NCBI GenBank assembly: GCA_951406725.2
Contig: OX597814.1
Coordinates: forward strand, 67,704,001-67,768,000
Reading direction: 5' to 3'
Source of the DNA: Octopus vulgaris
Lineage: Eukaryota
DNA: 64,000 bases
Below, piece by piece: positions 53,060 through 64,000 of the stretch; positions within the stretch are counted from its first letter, which is position 1; every line of letters begins with the position of its first letter. The notes below the pieces were generated by a model. It made no database searches. It was not told the DNA's origin and saw only the letters and a program-made list of their open reading frames with translations. The translations under genes and the position numbers were made by a program.

Positions 53060-53233
53060 TTGAAATTTTGGTTGAAGTTTGGGTCTAGTCGATCTCATCA
53101 ACCCCACATCTTGACTGGTTTTTGTTTTATTGACCCCGAAAGAATGAAGGACAAAATTGAGCTCGACGGAAGTCAAAAGAAATGCCTCTAAGCATTTTGT
53201 CCGACAGGCTAATGAACTTACCAACTTGTCACC
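53060..53233 (-). mobile_element. Second tRNA-type SINE family (other copies at ~11715-11830 +, 31215-31520 -, 33730-33900 -)
   Basis: Recurrent TTGACCCCGAAAGGATGAAAGGCAAAGT.GACC motif with a tRNA-like head on the opposite end. Confidence 0.6.
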
Positions 53234-54220
53234 TTTCCATACTTGTGTATATGTTAACTTGTGCTGTTCGCATGTAGAGTAGCATTCTCGTAGTGAAGAA
53301 AATTTAGATATTTAAAAAGTAAATAAAAATTAAAGGGGAGATAATCAACTTACTGTTAAACAACGATGACACTGAATGTAACAACCAAAAAGTGAACAAA
53401 TGTCATTCTCTTCAGTACAGAATTCCTCCATATAAATATAACACGAACAAATTATCTGACGTTCCAAATTTTCTTTTAACATGCATCCACTTCATCTATT
53501 CTTAACACTTTATCACATAAAGCGAAACAGGTAAACATTTGTACATTCAATTTGTCGCAGTACGCATAAAATTCATGAGGCTTGTTCTTGACGAAAATTT
53601 AATATAAAGAATTTCAGATGATATTCTTTAAAATGAAGCTACATGCCATTTAGAGACAATGCTTAATAATCAATAACTCAATCTAATTGGCTAAACTGGC
53701 AAAATGACCATTCCGAAATATAACAATATCAATCTAATTGAATATATATATATATAATATTAGGGAGTAAACTCCAAACTTACAGGGAAAAATTTATATT
53801 AAATCAAATTTCACAATATCTATATATATAAAACTCACCTTGTGTGTGTGTCTGTGTGTTTAACTTTCCGGCCCATCTCCTCCTAGCCAACAAAGCGTAG
53901 AACCACCAAAAATGGGTCACTTAAAGTTTAGGCGAATGAAAATTGAACTGCGCTATTTCTGTTCCGAAATCCATCTCGCAAGGGTAAAAATCGATAATGT
54001 GTTTGTTTAAGCCTTATCCCATGCATTGAATAGTGAACTTTACTCAGTCAGCTGTTTGACGTGAACTGTTCACCACGCGTGCAAGCATGCGTAAATTGCA
54101 TGAAAAATAAAAAATCAAGATATAAAAACGAATCGCTGTAAACATTGTAGAAATTCGGCAAAGAAATTAATTTTCGGTATGTAGCCTGGAGGGTTTTTTT
54201 GTATTAATATATATATATAA

Positions 54221-54425
54221 CTTACTAAGTTACGGTGTTATATTAGTTATCAATAATGATTATTCCCTCTGATTTTTCAAACCTATATTCTAGCTCATAC
54301 GATTAACAGAACCTCTTACTAAGTTACGGTGTTATATTAGTTATCAATAATGATTATTCCCTCTGATTTTTCAAACCTATTTTCTAGCTCATACGATTAA
54401 CAGAACCTCTTACTAAGTTACGGTG
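54221..54425. repeat. 94-bp tandem repeat (2.2 copies) at the RTE 5' junction
   Basis: CTTACTAAGTTACGGTG starts at 54221, 54315 and 54409. Confidence 0.9.
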
Positions 54426-57400
54426 AACCCGCCCTCCCACCCCCTCCACACATGCCGGAAGTTCCTATTCTTTGCCATCCCGGGGTTGCTTCCCATGAAG
54501 ACTGCAAATGCTCTTTCACCATCCCTACCCCTAGTCTCGACCTATGTAAGGTAATGTTCATACAGTGCAAAATATGAAAGGCTAGTGTTATGCAGGTTGT
54601 ACTGAGGGCTACTTTACTACTTCATTACTTGCACATGAATTCTGCCAAATGCGAGCTTTCTTTTCAGGTACATGAAGCTACTGTCCACCGTCCCAGGGTC
54701 TCTAGAGCCCATGCCTCCCACACCCTCAGGGTTGGCACCCTCAACGTTGGCACACTGAAAGGTAGGTCTGGTGAGATAGTCGAGATGCTTGAACGGAGAT
54801 GTGTAGATATATGTTGCATGCAAGAAATAAGGTGGAGAGGAGGATCAGCTAGGTTCCTCACAGGCAAGGAACGCAGGTACAAGATTTTCTGGGCAGGGAA
54901 CACTGACGGGGTTGGTGGCATGGGTATACTTATCGCTGAGAAATGGTAGATAAAGTAATTGAGGTAATCAGAGTATGTGACAGAATACTTAAGATTAGAT
55001 TAGTGCTTCGTCATAGTTTAGCAACCATTATATCAGCCTATGCTCCTCAGTCGGGGCTACCCGATGGACAGAAAGACCAATTCTATGACACTCTACTGCA
55101 GACTACCTCGTTGACGAACGACAGAGACCTTCTCTTTGTGGCTGGTGACTTCAATGGTCACGTTGGACGACATGCTGGGGGCTTCCATGGCGTACATGGA
55201 GGCTATGGCTATGGCTCCCGCAACGAGGAGGGAACCAGGCTGCTGGAGTTCTGCGATGCAAATAATCTTATGATTTGCAACACTAACTTCAGGAAACCTA
55301 CCAGCCACCTAGTCACTTACCGATCGGGCCAACATACCAGCCAAATTGACTACATCCTTGCAAGGCAAAGGGAGAGATGGCTGCTTATAAATGCCAAAAC
55401 CTTCCCAGGCGAAGAATGTACCCCACAACATAGACTGGTAGTTAGTGACTTTAGGATCAGGACTAGGAGGACAACCAGAAGACGACCAATATGGAGAAGA
55501 AGGATCTGGAAGCTTAAAGATCCTGCAAATGGACAGAGATTTAGGGACATATTACTTGAAGCCTTTGAAGAAGTAGAAGGGGATAGAGCATCACAGGGGG
55601 TAGAAGACAACTGGACGTTTCTAAGGGACAACCTGCTGAGAGCCACTGACCAGATCTGTGGCTGGTGCAAAGTCCCCTCTCGACCTAGAATAACGTGGTG
55701 GTGGAACAATATTGTAGACAGGGCTATTAGAGAAAAGAGACAGGCTTGGAAGGTCTGGAAAAATGGGGGTAGCAGGGAATTGTATCAGACTGCCAAAAGA
55801 GAAGCTAGGAGACAGGTTTATTTAGCCAGAGGGGAAGCAGATAAGAAAAAATTTGCTAATGTTCTGCGCCGTGAGGACCAAAGACTGGAGGTGTTTCGCG
55901 TTGCAAGACAGTGTGTGAGAGAGAATCGTGATGTGGTAGGAGAGAAGTGTGTTCGCATGGAAGATGGTTCACTTGCGCTAAATGAGGATGCAAAGAGAGA
56001 GGTTTGGAGATGCCACTATGAAAGGTTGCTGAATAAAGAAAATGAATGGGATAAAGAGAGTCTGCCGAATGTTGACCCAACAGAGGGACCAGCTATCCGA
56101 GTTGATAGTTCCGTGGCAATTAGAAGCATGAAGACAGGGAAAGCCCCAGGCCCATCAGGAATTACTGCAGAGATGCTCAAAATGTCTGGTAGTGTCGGCT
56201 ATAGCCTAGTCACCCGTATAGTTAATCAGGTGATACACAAAGGAGTCATACCCAATGACTGGTGTAGCAGCATAATAGTCAACTGCTACAAAGGTAAAGG
56301 TGACGCCCTAGATACAAATAACTACAGAGGTATCAAGCTGTTGGATCAGGTGATGACGGTTACGGAGAGGGTCATTGCCCAACTAATTAGAGAGAGAGTT
56401 AGTTTAGATGAGATGCAGTTTGTGTTTGTGCCAGGGAAAAGTACTACTGATGCTATATTCCTGGTAAGGCAGCTGCAGGAGAAATACCTAGCCAAAGATA
56501 AGCCCCTGTACCTGGCTTTTGTTGACATGGAGAAAGCCTTCGACAGGGTCCCCCAATCCCTTATCTGGTGGTCAATGAGGAAACTAGGGATAGATGAATG
56601 GTTAGTGAGAGCTGTGCGGGCCATGTATAGGGACGCTGCTAGTAAGGTGAGGGTTGGCAACGAGTACAGTGAAGAATTCCGTGTAGAAGTAGGGGTCCAC
56701 CAAGGCTGTCCTCAGCCCCCTCTTATTTATCATAGTCCTCCAGGCAATAACAGAGGAATTCAAGACAGGATGCCCTTGGGAGCTCCTCTATGCTGATGAC
56801 CTTGCTCTAATTGCTGAGTCGCTATCAGAACTGGAAGAGAAGTTTCAGGTGTGGAAACAAGGATTAGAATCGAAGGGCCTCAGAGTCAATCTAGCTAAAA
56901 CCAAAGTCGTAATCAGTAGGAAGGTAGACAAATCACAAACGCCTTCAGGTAGATGGCCCTGCTCGATCTGTAGAAAAGGTGTAGGTAGAAACTCTATAAG
57001 ATGCACCAAGTATAAGCTATGGACACATAAGAGGTGCAGCAATGTCAAAGGAAGGCTAACTAGGAAGATGGTTTTTGTATGTGGCAGATGCTCAGGAACA
57101 ATAAACACTGAAAATGCTCTGAGACCAACTTCCGTCACTTTCCAGGGAGAAAAACTAGAAATAGTTGATAGTTTCCGTTACCTAGGTGACCAAGTCAGCA
57201 GCGGGGGCAGGTGTGCTGAAAGTGTAACTGCTAGAGTAAGAATAGCTTGGGCAAAGTTCAGAGAGCTCTTACCTCTGCTGGTGGCAAAAGGCCTCTCGCA
57301 CAGAGTGAAAGGCAGACTGTATGATGCATGTGTACGAACAGCCATGCTACATGGCAGTGAAACATGGGCCGTGACTGCTGAGGATATGCGTAAGCTCGCA

Positions 57401-58274
57401 AGAAATGAAGCCAGTATGCTCCGATGGATGTGTAATGTCAGTACTCATACTCGGCAGAGTGTAAGTACCTTGAGAGAAAAGCTAGACCTAAGAAGCATCA
57501 GTTGTGGTGTGCAAGAGAGACGTTTGCGCTGGTATGGTCAAGTGGCGAGAATGGATGAAGATAGTTGTGTGAAAAAGTGCTACACCCTAGCGGTTGAGGG
57601 AACCTGCAGAAGAGGCAGACCCAGGAAAACCTGGGACGAGGTGGTGAAGCACGACCTTCGAACTTTAGGTCTCACTGAGGAAATGACTAGAGACCGAGAC
57701 CTCTGGAAGTGTGCTGTGCGCGAGAAGACCCGGCAGGACAAGTGAGTCCATAACCCGTGGCCTTCTACATGGGATGGAGCCAGCCTACGTATGCATACCT
57801 TCCCTTCTTGAGACACAAAACTCTACTTGTGAAGACCTGTTGAGGCAAGTGAGGATCAGAATTGAAATCGATCAATGGAAATTGCAGATGTGTTACCAGT
57901 GCCGGTGGCATGTAAGAGAACCTTCCGTTTCACGACCGTTGCCAGTGCCGCCCCGACTGGCCTCGTGCCGGTGGCACGTAAAAAGCACCATCCGTTCGTG
58001 TCCGTTGCCAGCCTCGCCTGGCCCCCGTGCCGGTGGCACATAAAAAGCACCATCCATTCGTGGCCGTTTGCCAGCTCTGTCTGGCACCTGTGCGGGTGGC
58101 ACGTAAAAAGCATCCACTACACACACGGAGTGGTTGGCGTTAGGAAGGGCATCAAGCTGTAGAAACACTGCCAGATTTGACTGGGCCTGATGAAGCCTTC
58201 TGGCTTCACAGACCCCAGTAGAACCATCCAACCCATGCTAGCATGGAAAACGGATGCTAAACGATGATGATGAT
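54426..58274 (+). mobile_element. RTE-clade LINE, near full length, in the PIBF1 intron; about two frameshifts
   Basis: ORF pieces 54590-54949, 54943-56796 and 56849-57745 ([27 protein letters not shown]); (GAT)n tail; flanked by (TA)n. Confidence 0.95.
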
Positions 58275-58555
58275 ATATATATGAGAGTATGGTAGAAGAA
58301 GGCTAACTCTTCCTTCCATAGAAGAAAAAATTCAAATCGGACCATGTTAACACCAAAAATTATTTACATCAAAAAGGTGCCTTTTTTCTATGAAAATCCC
58401 TATTTTTTTATGATGTTTTGACTGCTGTGTCGCCATTTTTCGGTGTATTTCACTTAAAGAGAATAACAAGCTACATACTGCCAAATTTTTACTTTTCAAA
58501 AATTCCAATTCTAAAGGGTCTAAACAAACCACAACGCCGGGCGATACTGCTAGTA

Positions 58556-59218
58556 AATATATAAAATATAAATTAGAGATAAAACCAATGTTATGCAATT
58601 CAAACAATGGTAGACATAAACCAAAACATGAATAACAAATAAAATATATTTTCATAAAACATATAACTAGATCACAAAAAGTATAAAAATGAATAATCAA
58701 TATATAATAAGTAATTATATATTATATATATTACTTATTATATATTTACTTATTACTTATATATTGATTATTAATTTTTATACTTTTTGTGATCTAGTTT
58801 TATGAAATATAGTTTATTTGTTATTTATGTTTTGGTTTATGTTGGACACAGCGTGAGACAACTGTTGTTATCGCTAGGCCTAGCTCATCGTAAAGTCAAT
58901 ACCAGCATGACTGATATCCAATCTACAGTGGAGAAGGCTAGCCACTGGATTTGGTTAAAAAGAGACGATGAGCGATGGCTAGAAGGATATAACCAGCTGA
59001 TCTAACAATCGGGGCCTCATATCAGTGAGGGGGGCTGGTGCGCATTGATGCCGTCGAGAGGTAGGCCCCGAAATGGCGTGCATTCTCTCCTGATGACCCC
59101 ATACACTTGCTGGCTTCCGGTATATGGAGCTTTGGACTGGTAGCACTTGCATGTGCAAGTTGTTTGCAAGACATCTATCATTGTTGTTTGAATTGCATAA
59201 TAGTGGTTTTATCTCCAA

Positions 59219-59232
<14 letters not shown>
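58556..59232. repeat. AT-rich foldback/palindromic element; right arm split by the HERO-like fragment
   Basis: 58556-58720 is the reverse complement of ~58728-58842 plus 59174-59232. Confidence 0.8.
58843..59173 (+). mobile_element. 3' fragment of an RLE-type non-LTR retrotransposon (HERO-like)
   Basis: ORF end VGHSVRQLLLSLG...VEKASHWIWLKRDDERW resembles the C-terminus after the RLE domain of HERO-clade LINEs; structured 3'UTR; splits a foldback arm. Confidence 0.65.
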
Positions 59233-59265
<33 letters not shown>

Positions 59266-60119
59266 GAAGAGAAAGACATTTGTTCACTTTTTGGTTGCTA
59301 TATCCAGTGTCTACAGTGTTACTTATTTATCTCCCCTTGTTATTTCCCTTTAATTTTTATTTACTTCTTTAAAACTCCCATACTGACTTATTTTCAATTT
59401 TACAATTTTACAAAAACATTCCTTCAGGTTTTCTTACCATTTATCGTAGAACGATCGTGATTCATTTTTTTTTTTTTTTGTTAATCTGAATGATAACTGA
59501 GTACCTACAACTTTTTGTTGTCTACGTGTTAATATTGATATATTAATTAAAAAAATTATTCTGTGAAAGGCAAATTGGGACAAGATTTGAACTCAATGGG
59601 TCGATGTTCCCATTTCTTGGGATTAAATAAGTTGCATAATTGTTGATGAAATTTTGAACATAATGGCATTCCTTACCCAACTATGCATATGAGACATTCT
59701 GCTTTTCTAATAGTGAGCTGCAGTAGATCATCATCATCATCATACGTCCGTTTTCCACACTGGCATGTGTTGGACGCCATGACAGGAACTGCCAATGCCA
59801 GGGGCTGCACTAGGTTCAATAGTCCTATTTTGGATTGGTTTCTATGGTTGGATGCCCTTTCTAACACCAACCACTCCACAATGTACTGGAACCAGCACCC
59901 AAACCAATGCTATTTATGTGGTGAGCTGATCTTTTCGAGTACACCAATGCATCACATATCTTGGTCCTCTGTTGTTTCCTTCATAAGGTTCAGGAAATAT
60001 TTGTGTGTGTGTGTATGTATTATGCAAAGGTTGTTTTGATCGTATTGCAAAAGAAGGCATAGTAACTTTTCTCCCTGCTTTTCTTCATTAGACACATAAT
60101 GGTTTCATAGCAAAAGCAA

Positions 60120-61010
60120 TGTGTTGGAGGGGTGCAGGTTGTCTGACATACAGAAAATTAGAAATTGTTTACAGAGATGAAACCAGTGCACAGATAGATA
60201 AAGAAGGAGAAATGACCTATGCTGTGAGAGGCCATCAACTGCAACAACTCACAGGAATCACCAGCAATTAGACAAATTGATTCATACAGAAAGGTATTTT
60301 ACAATTTGTGAGGTTGCTGTATGACTGAACTGTTGTTACAGTGTATTACAGAAGAGGTGGAAGACTTTAGGTATCAGAAGATATGTGAAAAGTGGGTACT
60401 CCAGTTTACACCCAATTTGAAGAAGAGCAATCTTCTGTGAGGATTTGGAGCAAATGAAGACGTGTTACTTTTTTTATCTAATGACAGAAATGAAATATGG
60501 GCATGTCTTTATGATCTAGAAATGAAGGCTCAATCTGTGAAATAACATCACACTTCTCAAAAGCCTAAGTGGTTCAAGAATCAGCAATTAGTCAAAGTGA
60601 CTGTTAGTTAGGGATTACAAGGGGATCATTCTCTTTGACTTTCTGGAATGTGGCTGTACCATAAGCTTCAAACAATGTGTTGAGAGAAGCTAAGAGAAGG
60701 CATTAGGATGGTGCAGGGCCAAAAAGAAATCTGAAAGCTATCTACATTCACTGTGACAATGTGTGACCACACACATCTTTGGCAACAAATTAAGTAATCG
60801 ATAAATTGGACTGGTCACTGGACCCCATTCATCATACAACTTGAATCTGGTATCCTCTAGCTTTCACCTGTTCTGTCCATTGAAGGACAGTCTTCAGAGA
60901 GAATGATTTGATGACACAAATGAAGTGCAACTGGTGAAGAAGTGAGAACAACAGTGCATTACTAAAGTTTTTCAAAGAATATTCAGGAGCTTATGATGGA
61001 GACTATACCT
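60120..61010 (+). pseudogene. Highly decayed mariner transposase
   Basis: Degenerate KWV, DNV*PH and YN.NL..SSFHLF motifs in the expected order; ends unclear. Confidence 0.6.
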
Positions 61011-61229
61011 TTGTAATAAAGGAAAAAATACTCCACCAACATGGGCAATTTGAATGACCTGTAGAAATTAAATAAAGATGTTATGCCCACACATACACAT
61101 GAGAGTATTACTGAACAGCAGTGCATGTCATTGCTGATAACAGTAAATGGTCATTAAAAAATTGATGAAAATATAAATTCTAAAATATACCTTTTTGTTT
61201 ATTTTGATTAAGTATTCGGATAATATAAA

Positions 61230-62800
61230 TGTTAAGAAAGTTTAACATTGAGAAACTTCAGTGTACACTATTTTGTACTTACTAACAGGAAAAAGAATCT
61301 ACTTCCTATCCTGTTGGTTGAATAATAGCTCACAAACTACTAATTTCTTATTGGCACTCAACAAACAGCAAGACCAATATGTCATAAATCAAATAGTATC
61401 ACTGCATTAGCCCTTCCCACATTTCTGAAAAAGCTGTAATTTGGAAGATTAGGAAGGATCAACAAAAGATAGTGAGAAAGGAGAGTTGACACAAAAATCT
61501 CTTACTAGAATTAGAGTACCTATAGAAAAACGGTTGGTTGATGATGTGATTTTACTGGTCATTAGAGTAGAAGGCTGGATAATTAATGTGTTGATGTTAC
61601 TTAACAATAGTGGCTCAGGAATGATTGGTTGAGAAAAAAACTGTAGAATTTGTTGGTTGAGGTACTGTGGCTAGATTGCTCTCCAAATATGCTGGCTTCA
61701 GATGGTTGTTATTAACAGTCTCTTATTCACCATGTATATCAAGAGTGATATGCTTGGAACTCATGGGCAACACTTTGAATAGTTCTATATTAGGTGTGTG
61801 TAGTGATTTTTTTTTTATTATCTTTGTAAACAGAAATGTGGACATTTGGAGAGGTCTTGTAGGACTCATGCTCTGGTTTGCTGTGAGTTCACATAATCTT
61901 TGAACATAGTTTAATAAGTTATGATTAAAGTTTAACACTGAGAAGCTTCAATATGCACAATTTTCTACATACTAAAAGAAAAATAAATGTCTACTTATTT
62001 TGTTAGTAGAATAAGACTTCACAGACTATTAGTCTTCAATTGGCTAACTTACACAGTAAAACCAATATATCAAAGGATGAATGATGTCATAACAGAGCCT
62101 CTTCTTAGATTGTTGAGAAAGCAGCAATCACTAAAAGGTCTACTGTAGATAGTAAAAAGAGAAGTGGGTGCAACCATTTCTCCAGGTAGTTATTTGATGT
62201 TGTTATCTAATAGGAGTTCAAATAGGGGTATATCTAAATCTCTCCTTTACTGTGCAGCATAGACCCAGATATATAAGGAGAGCATGCTCATTCGGGATCA
62301 GCTTAGGTTTTCAGTGCTGACTTCAGTTGGTGAAAGAAATGTTCCATTTTATTGTTAGATAGTAAGTAGTAAGCAACAGTATGATTTTGATTGCATCCTA
62401 GTGATCATGTTAGATAGATTTTAACTATCATCCTCTATCAGTTGTGATGGTTGATGGTGTACTGTATTTGGAAATCCTGTGCTAAATAAAATCCTTAGTA
62501 ATCAGCTAGTAAGTAGTAGCATAGCATCTGACTATCTGGTATACTTGTTGATACAACCAAACAGGTCTGTGTCCATATGAAAGAGGAAGTGGTTCTGTGA
62601 GATCAACATATATGCTCAAATTTTGCATCTATTGAAGCAAAAATACCTAACAGTGCCTCAAAATGCTGTAGTATCTTTGCTTCCTCACATGTGATGCTTT
62701 TCCTGACCTACTCTGGAATATCTTTGTTGATACTTGTCCGGATGAAACATGCTGATATCAATTTCCAAGTAGGTAGTATTGATAGTGTGAAACCAACAAC
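61230..62800 (-). pseudogene. Ty3/Gypsy integrase debris (two partly duplicated segments)
   Basis: Degenerate SINKDI, FEH..VDL..PLP and PSTITTDRG on the - strand; 61241 and 61931 begin similar segments. Confidence 0.55.
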
Positions 62801-63015
62801 AGATTGCAGTGAAAACAATGCAATAGTATCTTTCAGGTACAACAGAAAATTTGTGACCAGTAGGTACATCATAGCAAAAATTATCCTAATTACTAAATTT
62901 TTTTCTAAATACTTTCTACTAAGAAGAGCATGTATTTCTGATTTTCTTTGTTCCAAACTTTTAGATGGATAGAAATGTCTAGAAAGTCACAAATATTTTA
63001 AACTGTCTCTTTTAA

Positions 63016-63079
<64 letters not shown>

Positions 63080-63080
63080 A
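63016..63080. repeat. (TC)n(AC)n microsatellite; others include (GA)n 2058-2098 and (TA)n 9376-9410, 9904-9944, 59227-59263
   Basis: Read directly from the sequence. Confidence 0.95.
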
Positions 63081-63699
63081 ATAGTGCTTTGAAGTTATGA
63101 ATTTTGCAAGTGAACAATACATATAAATAATCAGTATGACCTTGGGTATGATAGCTAAAATAAATGGAAGAACTAAGTCTCTTGTTAACCACAGCCACCT
63201 TGAACTGGTCTCAGTTGCTATGGCTATCTGGTGTTTTTCTTCTGTTGTTTGGGTTTCAAACCAATCTTCTGCATAAAATAGTGCACCAATCTTGTTAGGA
63301 AACCATGGCGGGTGAATTCAATAATGAACAAAGTGGTATGAAATCCTTTGACAAGAGCCTTGCTGATCAAGTCTTGATATCCAGCTTTCCTCAATTAGTG
63401 AGAGATGTGAAATCTGTTGTCACAAAACACTATGACTTTAGCCAAGATGGATCGTTTTTGTGCTCCTAAATAAATGAAACTTGTGAGGGTATAGGAAAGT
63501 TATATCTAAGAGCATTGTCCATCATAGGTAAAGCCATATAAGAACAAGACACATGAAAAAGATAAAGTTGTGTTTATTCAGCCATGTGGAAAAATGTTCA
63601 AAGGCTGTTAATGATGGTGGTAGTAGTTGTCATCTGTTAAAATAAGCTGTTGAAATTATATTTTGATTCAAACTGTTTTTGTTTTTTTTATCTTTTCAG

Positions 63700-64000
63700 G
63701 AAGAATTCAAGCATTATCAAGATTCTATGAAGAAAGAGCTAGAAGATGTTGTCAAGAAGCAGCATCAACTAGAATCATCAAATGCTATATTACAAGATAA
63801 AGCATGTGATGTGAAAAATAGTCTGCTGAATTTGGACCTCAGTGAACAAGAATACTATGAACTACGAAGCCAGAAGGAGGAAGACTGGTCTTTACGAGAA
63901 TATGTTAGCATTAAACTTTATGAAAAACTTTTTCCTCTACAAAATGAAGTGAAAACATTGAAGTCAGAAACTATCAGTTCTGAAAGAGAGATAAAAACTT
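63700..64000 (+). CDS. PIBF1: PIBF1 second coding exon (runs off the window)
   Basis: Polypyrimidine tract plus CAG; EEFKHYQDSMKKELEDVVKKQHQLE...SLREYVSIKLYE continues the PIBF1 coiled coil in phase. Confidence 0.9.

Larger units (their letters stand above)
53819..58553 (+). mobile_element. Non-autonomous Helitron-like element interrupted by the RTE
   Basis: A|TCTATATATATAAAA...(TG)n 5' end; CGCCGGGCG...CTAG|T 3' end. Confidence 0.6.

Overview
AT-rich, intron-containing animal genomic DNA. The repeat families suggest a cephalopod such as Octopus (inference). It carries a complete 19-coding-exon BOP1 gene on the - strand (51698->2695; GT-AG introns with consistent phases, 2457 nt, about 818 aa). 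Head-to-head with it, 533 bp away, is the 5' part of PIBF1 on the + strand (first two coding exons). The introns are filled with transposable elements: RTE-clade LINEs with a PHD-like finger inside the RT and a (GAT)n tail (two near full-length copies plus many truncated ones), tRNA-type SINEs, mariners, a pogo, piggyBac remnants and MITEs, a Merlin/IS1595-type element nested in a piggyBac, Helitron remnants with STPR-like repeats, a 3' fragment of an RLE-type (HERO-like) LINE, and Gypsy integrase debris. The most unusual signal is a pair of sequence-unrelated elements (18102-18188 and 59025-59102). Each contains the complete hammerhead ribozyme core in the same non-canonical, permuted, double-pseudoknotted order with different but complementary stems. 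This is a candidate new hammerhead architecture, possibly dimer-dependent, at retroelement 3' ends; activity is untested.
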